Shown here piece by piece: positions 57,599 through 64,000 of a stretch of DNA of 64,000 nucleotides. The stretch's first letter is position 1. Every line of letters begins with the position of its first letter. The DNA lies in contig OZ024752.1 in the NCBI GenBank assembly GCA_964016885.1, positions 27,838,001-27,902,000 on the forward strand, in the 5' to 3' direction. A program made the translations under genes and the position numbers. Below the pieces are notes generated by a model. The model did not search any database. It saw only the letters and a list, made by a program, of their open reading frames with translations, and was not told the origin of the DNA. This stretch comes from Eledone cirrhosa. Lineage: Eukaryota.

Positions 57599-58445
57599 AT
57601 CACGCTGTAGACGAACATAAATAAACAAACAAACAAATAGGTAAAAAAAAAAAAAGAAGAATAAGCATAAGTTTCATTGTAATATGTTTGAATGTCTGAC
57701 TTAGTTTTTCCCTTCCCTTCTCTGTCTGTCTGTTTGTTTTTCTTTTCATTTTTCTTTTCTTTACGTTTTTCGTTGTTGCTGTGCTGCTTTGATTTTGATT
57801 TTTGTTTTTTTGATTTTTTGACTGGGTCATCAAATCAGTCTATTTATATCTTTTGATGCCTTCCTCTTTTAGTGGGGACATTACGATGCATGTCTTAGCA
57901 GGAGGTAGTGGGAGAGAATAGCGGCGGTAGTGATAATGAGGCAGTGGTGGTGGTGGTGCTGTGCTAGTAGTACTTAGCAGGAGGTAGTGGGAGAGAATGG
58001 CGGCGGTAGCGATAATGAGGCAGTGGTGGTGGTGATGTGATCGTAGTACTGTAGTGATGGTGTTGAAGTTGAAGTAGAAATAGAAGTTGAGGTAACTTGA
58101 CTAGAGTTTTTAGCGTGGTAGTGGTGGTGGTGTTGGTGGTTAAATTATTTTTCTGTCTGTCCACTTAGCCATTTAGCTATTTAGTTATTTAGCCATTTTG
58201 CCATTTTCCTCCTTTTCGACTATAACATTTCTGATCCAAAATTAAATATTAAATATTGGGGCCCTATGCCGTAAAGTGATGCGTTATGGCTTGCTGAACG
58301 TGAAAACTGTAATCTTATTGTTCATTTGTAATAAGAATTATTCTATCACAGTTGTTTTAAAGAAGTAAAAATCAAAAACTTGCGGGAACGATTCCATAAC
58401 GATATATATCCACCATGTGCGTTTTCTGCCCATTATTATTATTAT

Positions 58446-58701
58446 GTGTCTGTAAATTAAAGGTGGAAAACTGGGAGAGGGCACTTACCCTGGTGGTCAG
58501 GGCCACTGTGGTCTTTTAATGGGCTTTCTCCACAAATGTCCCTTGGAAGTCTCCCCCCTATTGGGGAATTTTTCTTTGTTATTTTATTTCAACCTCTGTT
58601 TTTTTTTTACACGCAGAAATGCCCATTTGTACCGTCCTGTATTGTCCTGTACTGTCCTTAATGTCTACTTTATGTGAACCCTTGTGGTTAATAAAGAAAA
58701 C
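58446..58701 (+). mobile_element. 3' UTR stub of a Tx1-related LINE in (ATT)n
   Basis: tctccccctattggggaa...tgtgaacccttgtggttaataaagaaaac resembles the 3' end of copy A; flanked by (ATT)n on both sides. Confidence 0.6.
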
Positions 58702-58836
58702 ATTATTATTATTATTATTATTATTATTATCATTATTATTATTATTATCATTATTATACACACACACACCCATATATGTTGGTTTGTTTTAAGCAATAGG
58801 TTTATATATATATATATAATATGTACATTCATATAC

Positions 58837-58876
<40 letters not shown>

Positions 58877-58878
58877 GC

Positions 58879-59010
<132 letters not shown>

Positions 59011-59828
59011 TGTCTGCGTTTATGTGTCTATAGATACCATATATGCTTAAACAGAAGAAATAAGAACAGATGCAGATGCCTGACAATACATGTCAACGTT
59101 GCTTTAAACTGTGATGAATTCTGATACGACGCGTAAGCAAACACACAACAATGTAGAAGTGTATATGAATTAAAACAACAGCGGGATTACAATGTGGGCG
59201 ATTCAGATTTTCAATATTTTATCATGTCAGCTTTGACGAAATTCTAATATTGGAAACCATTCTTTTAATATGCTTTAACATTATGTATTTTATTATAATA
59301 GTATAAAGTAATAAAATAAAATTAAAATATTCCATTAATAGGGATATAATTCGAAAACAATGTAAAAGACATATGATATAGAATTTACTAGCACAATAAC
59401 CCGGCGTTGCTCGGGATTCTAAACATAGATTGGCATGTTTATCCCTCCTTTCTAAAACAGTTTCGTAGAATGTTCACCAATTGATGCAGAAGTCCTAATA
59501 AAAAGTGAAGTCGCCTTCGGTGAATAGGCAAATAATTTTCCATTAAGATTTTTCAAAAGCATGTAATTGCGTTCCCTCTCTTATTTGTTGTTGTTTTTGC
59601 TGCTGTTGGTGTGATAGTGGCCGTTGGTCGTACTGCAAATACAGTCTCGTCCTTCTTCAGCTAGTCGTGTATATCCCCTTCTGCCTCGTCAGCAATGAGA
59701 ACAATATTTGCTCTAGAGTTCTTATATATTTGATATATATTTATCCTTATCGAGCCAGGTGAAATAAATACATTTTTTTTATATTTTGTTATTGTGTATG
59801 CAAAAATATCTGTACACGAATATATAAT

Positions 59829-59906
<78 letters not shown>

Positions 59907-60221
59907 GAAAAACATAGAATATTCGAGAATATTCTGTATGTTTATAATAAACATTTTGAAGACCTAATCGCTATAGAATAGAATACGTCACGTATTACAA
60001 TTTGAGATTCTCGATAAAAGCAAGGGATGATTTCAAATAAGAATGAAACGCGTAGGTTACTTCCCTTGCTTTTATCGAGAATCTCAAATTGTAATACGTG
60101 ACGTATTCTATTCTATAGCGATTAAGTCTTCAAAATGTTTATTATAAACACACAGAATCTTCTCGAATATTCTACGTTTTTCTTCACATATATATCGGTA
60201 TTTCGGAGCATTAAATCCAAA

Positions 60222-61037
<816 letters not shown>

Positions 61038-61039
61038 TG

Positions 61040-61255
61040 AAGGCGTGTGGCTGAGTGGTTAGGGAATTGGATTCGCAATCGTAAGGTTGTGAGTTCGATT
61101 CCTGAACCAGGCGATGCGTTATGTCCTTGAGCAAGACACTTTATTTCACGTTGCTCCTTCTACCTGGAGTTGCGACCGATAGATAGCATTAGCAATTGGA
61201 AAGACCAACGGAAACATTGTTCCGACGGTCCGATTTGACGAAAGTCGATCGTTCC
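61040..61255 (+). mobile_element. Second tRNA-derived SINE family
   Basis: A-box tggctgagtgg, B-box gttcgattcc, then gtccttgagcaagacactt. Confidence 0.8.
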
Positions 61256-61527
61256 TATATATTTATATATATATATTAAAATAACAGATTAAAGTTTAAG
61301 CGAAGAATCGCTGATTTCACCCTTAACGGCATCTTCTGAAACTAAAAAAATCAATCTGTGAACGCAGAAGTAAATATTTCGAAAAATGTCACACACTATA
61401 TATATATATATAAATAGATAGAATAGAATGAAACGAAATTTCATTTCTCACTCTTAGTACGGCACTTACTTAAATGTAAGTATGTATGTATACGTACATA
61501 CATATATGTATACAGACGTACAGTAGC

Positions 61528-61566
<39 letters not shown>

Positions 61567-61885
61567 CAGGCACACATATATATATGAACGTATCAGTTTA
61601 GCAAACATTTATTATAATGCCCGCTTTGTCCGTTTGTAAACAAACGGACAGCCTGATTTATGCCGTACGGTGTCAAGGCAACCACGTCACCTTTTTGTTC
61701 AACACTGACACAGGAACGATGTACTAGTTTACAAACGGACAAAGTGAGCATTATAATAAATGTTCGCTAAACTGATACGTACATATATATATGTGTGCCT
61801 GTATGTATATATATATATATATACATATATACATGCTACTGTACGTCTGTATAATATATGTATGTACGTATACATACATACTTAC

Positions 61886-61957
<72 letters not shown>

Positions 61958-62286
61958 TATATATACATATATACACACACACACAGTGTCATAATGTCGT
62001 AGTGCAGACAGCCAGACATACAGACAGATATTATAAGGGCGCAACGTTATATCTATGTATATATCAAAAAAGAAAGACTAAGAATTATAGAGAGAGATCG
62101 CTAAATCGCCTAATGCGGTCTCTAGAGCATGGAAAGTTTGAAATATGTTTTGCTCAAAACACTCATAGGACCATAAGTATTACATGTGTAAAGTCTGAAA
62201 AAAATTGGTTGGGTGGTTCTCGAGTTTTAGGGATCCAGACAGACATTCTCTGTTTTAGATATATAGATAATCTAAATGTTAATAAC

Positions 62287-62471
62287 TGTTTCTACTTTAG
62301 GCACAAGGCCAGCAATTACCCAGTGCATTACTGGTACTTTATTTTATCGACCCCGTAAGGATGAAAGGCAAAGTCAACCTCGGCGGGATTTGAACTCAGA
62401 TCGTAAAGGGACGTAACTATGCTGGAAAGCATGGCGTCCGACTCTCTACCGATACTACCAATCCACCGCCC
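62287..62471 (-). mobile_element. SINE with 18-bp TSD
   Basis: TSD aatctaaa(t/c)gttaataac at 62269-62286 and 62472-62489. Confidence 0.85.
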
Positions 62472-63175
62472 AATCTAAACGTTAATAACAATCGATAATT
62501 ATCTATTTAGCGGTTTCACTTTATTATAATAATTCAACTCTTTACACATATTCATAAATGGATATATTAGATCATTCATCCAAATCATGTCGTGTTAAAA
62601 TCATTTATATGGATTATTGTTTATGGTGAAGTCTAGCTTAAGTCTTAAATTTCGATTCAACGTTTACAGCTTTTATTTTAGCATTCCTTATGCATTTTTA
62701 ATGATGGTGTTACATAAATGCAAAGATTTTGTATTGCCCTGTATTGTATTTCATATAAGTATGAATGCATATTTTCAGAATCTGTTATGAAGCTTTCTGA
62801 TGTGATGAATTCCCATGTTACTAATTTGGCTATATTGTAGGAATGAAATATTTCGAGTTTTATAGACATTTGCTAAATGCTAAGACTAGTTTTTGGCAGT
62901 TTATTGATAAGCATAAAACGTAGAAAGAGAAATTTATAAGTTTCAACTACACATAAGTTTTATTGCAGCAATAACATTTAGTACGATTGCTGATACCCAT
63001 TACGTGGTATATGAAATCTGTTTGTTTTACAATTCCCATACGTACGAAAATGATAAGTATTTTTACTTCTCTCTATATTCCTCGGTTGCAGGTATTTTTA
63101 TTATAGTGAATATTGAAAATGGTTTTATGTCAGAACTCCACACATTTTATATCTATTCTGTTGCACACACACACA

Positions 63176-63214
<39 letters not shown>

Positions 63215-63281
63215 ACACGCACAAACACAAACACACAAACACACACACACATATATATATAGATGTGTGTATATGTATATA

Positions 63282-63325
<44 letters not shown>

Positions 63326-63351
63326 GTGTTATAGTATATGTATATACATAT

Positions 63352-63400
<49 letters not shown>

Positions 63401-63401
63401 T

Positions 63402-63434
<33 letters not shown>

Positions 63435-63634
63435 ATGCCATATCTTTCACTTATTTATGCAACTCGAGAGGCCATTTATTTTCATTAGAGCAGTTGGAAT
63501 TATGGTTTATGAGATCATGCGTTGGTTCTTTTACTGTAATGATGTGAGAGGAAGGGGGAAGCTGGTGGAGAATAGTTGGATTAGTTGAATAATATAATTT
63601 ATTAATGTTTCTATTAAAGATGGTCTGTGTAGAT

Positions 63635-63925
63635 AATTGTTTCTACTTTTGGCACAAGGCCAGCAATTATCACAGTGCATTACTGGTACTTTATTTTATC
63701 GACCTCGTAAGGATGAGAGGCAAAGTTAACCTCGGCGGGATTTGAACTCAGAGCATAAAGGGCAGTAATTCTTTGCTGCAAAGCATGGCGTCCGACCCTC
63801 TACCAATACTGCCAATCCACCGGTAGGTAAAGTGCCTTGCCTTTTATCCTTACGGGGTCGATAAAATAAAGTCCCAGTAATGTACTGGACAATTGATGGC
63901 CTTGTGCTAAACGTAGAAACAATTA
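63635..63925. mobile_element. Two SINE copies in inverted orientation
   Basis: Minus copy 63635-63822 followed by a plus-strand 3' half at about 63835-63925. Confidence 0.75.
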
Positions 63926-64000
63926 CTTTCAAAAAGAACTAAAATTTTTCCTGAAATCTCCAATTCCGTTGTTGTTGCTAAGGTGGTAGAAGGTATCATG

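Noticed and set aside
61040-61110. tRNA-like sequence
   Set aside because: It continues into a repeated SINE body (second copy at 50235-50445) and has no clean acceptor stem; it is a SINE head.

Overview
This is AT- and microsatellite-rich eukaryotic DNA, almost certainly from a coleoid cephalopod (octopus-like). It carries two tandem, intact, 6-exon S-crystallin genes (sigma-GST-derived lens proteins, 215 aa each, + strand; CDS 356-9538 and 44140-51966), with conserved promoters and a 30-nt phase-0 micro-exon encoding part of the crystallin long loop. The intergenic DNA is a dense set of mobile elements that appear to partition the microsatellites among themselves. (i) A head-to-tail array of four Tx1-like (L1 clade) LINE copies has (GATA/TCTA)n at every junction. 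(ii) An R4/Dong-like RLE LINE ends on (TAA)n. (iii) Several lineages of Penelope-like elements sit in (TA)n; their terminal repeats carry recognisable minimal hammerhead ribozymes, one of them in sense orientation inside a crystallin intron. (iv) Non-autonomous Helitrons and many tRNA-derived SINEs with target-site duplications are also present. There is an unusually high density of long palindromes/fold-backs, several inside crystallin introns. Most short ORFs in the track are microsatellite translations. All calls were made by eye; no searches were run.
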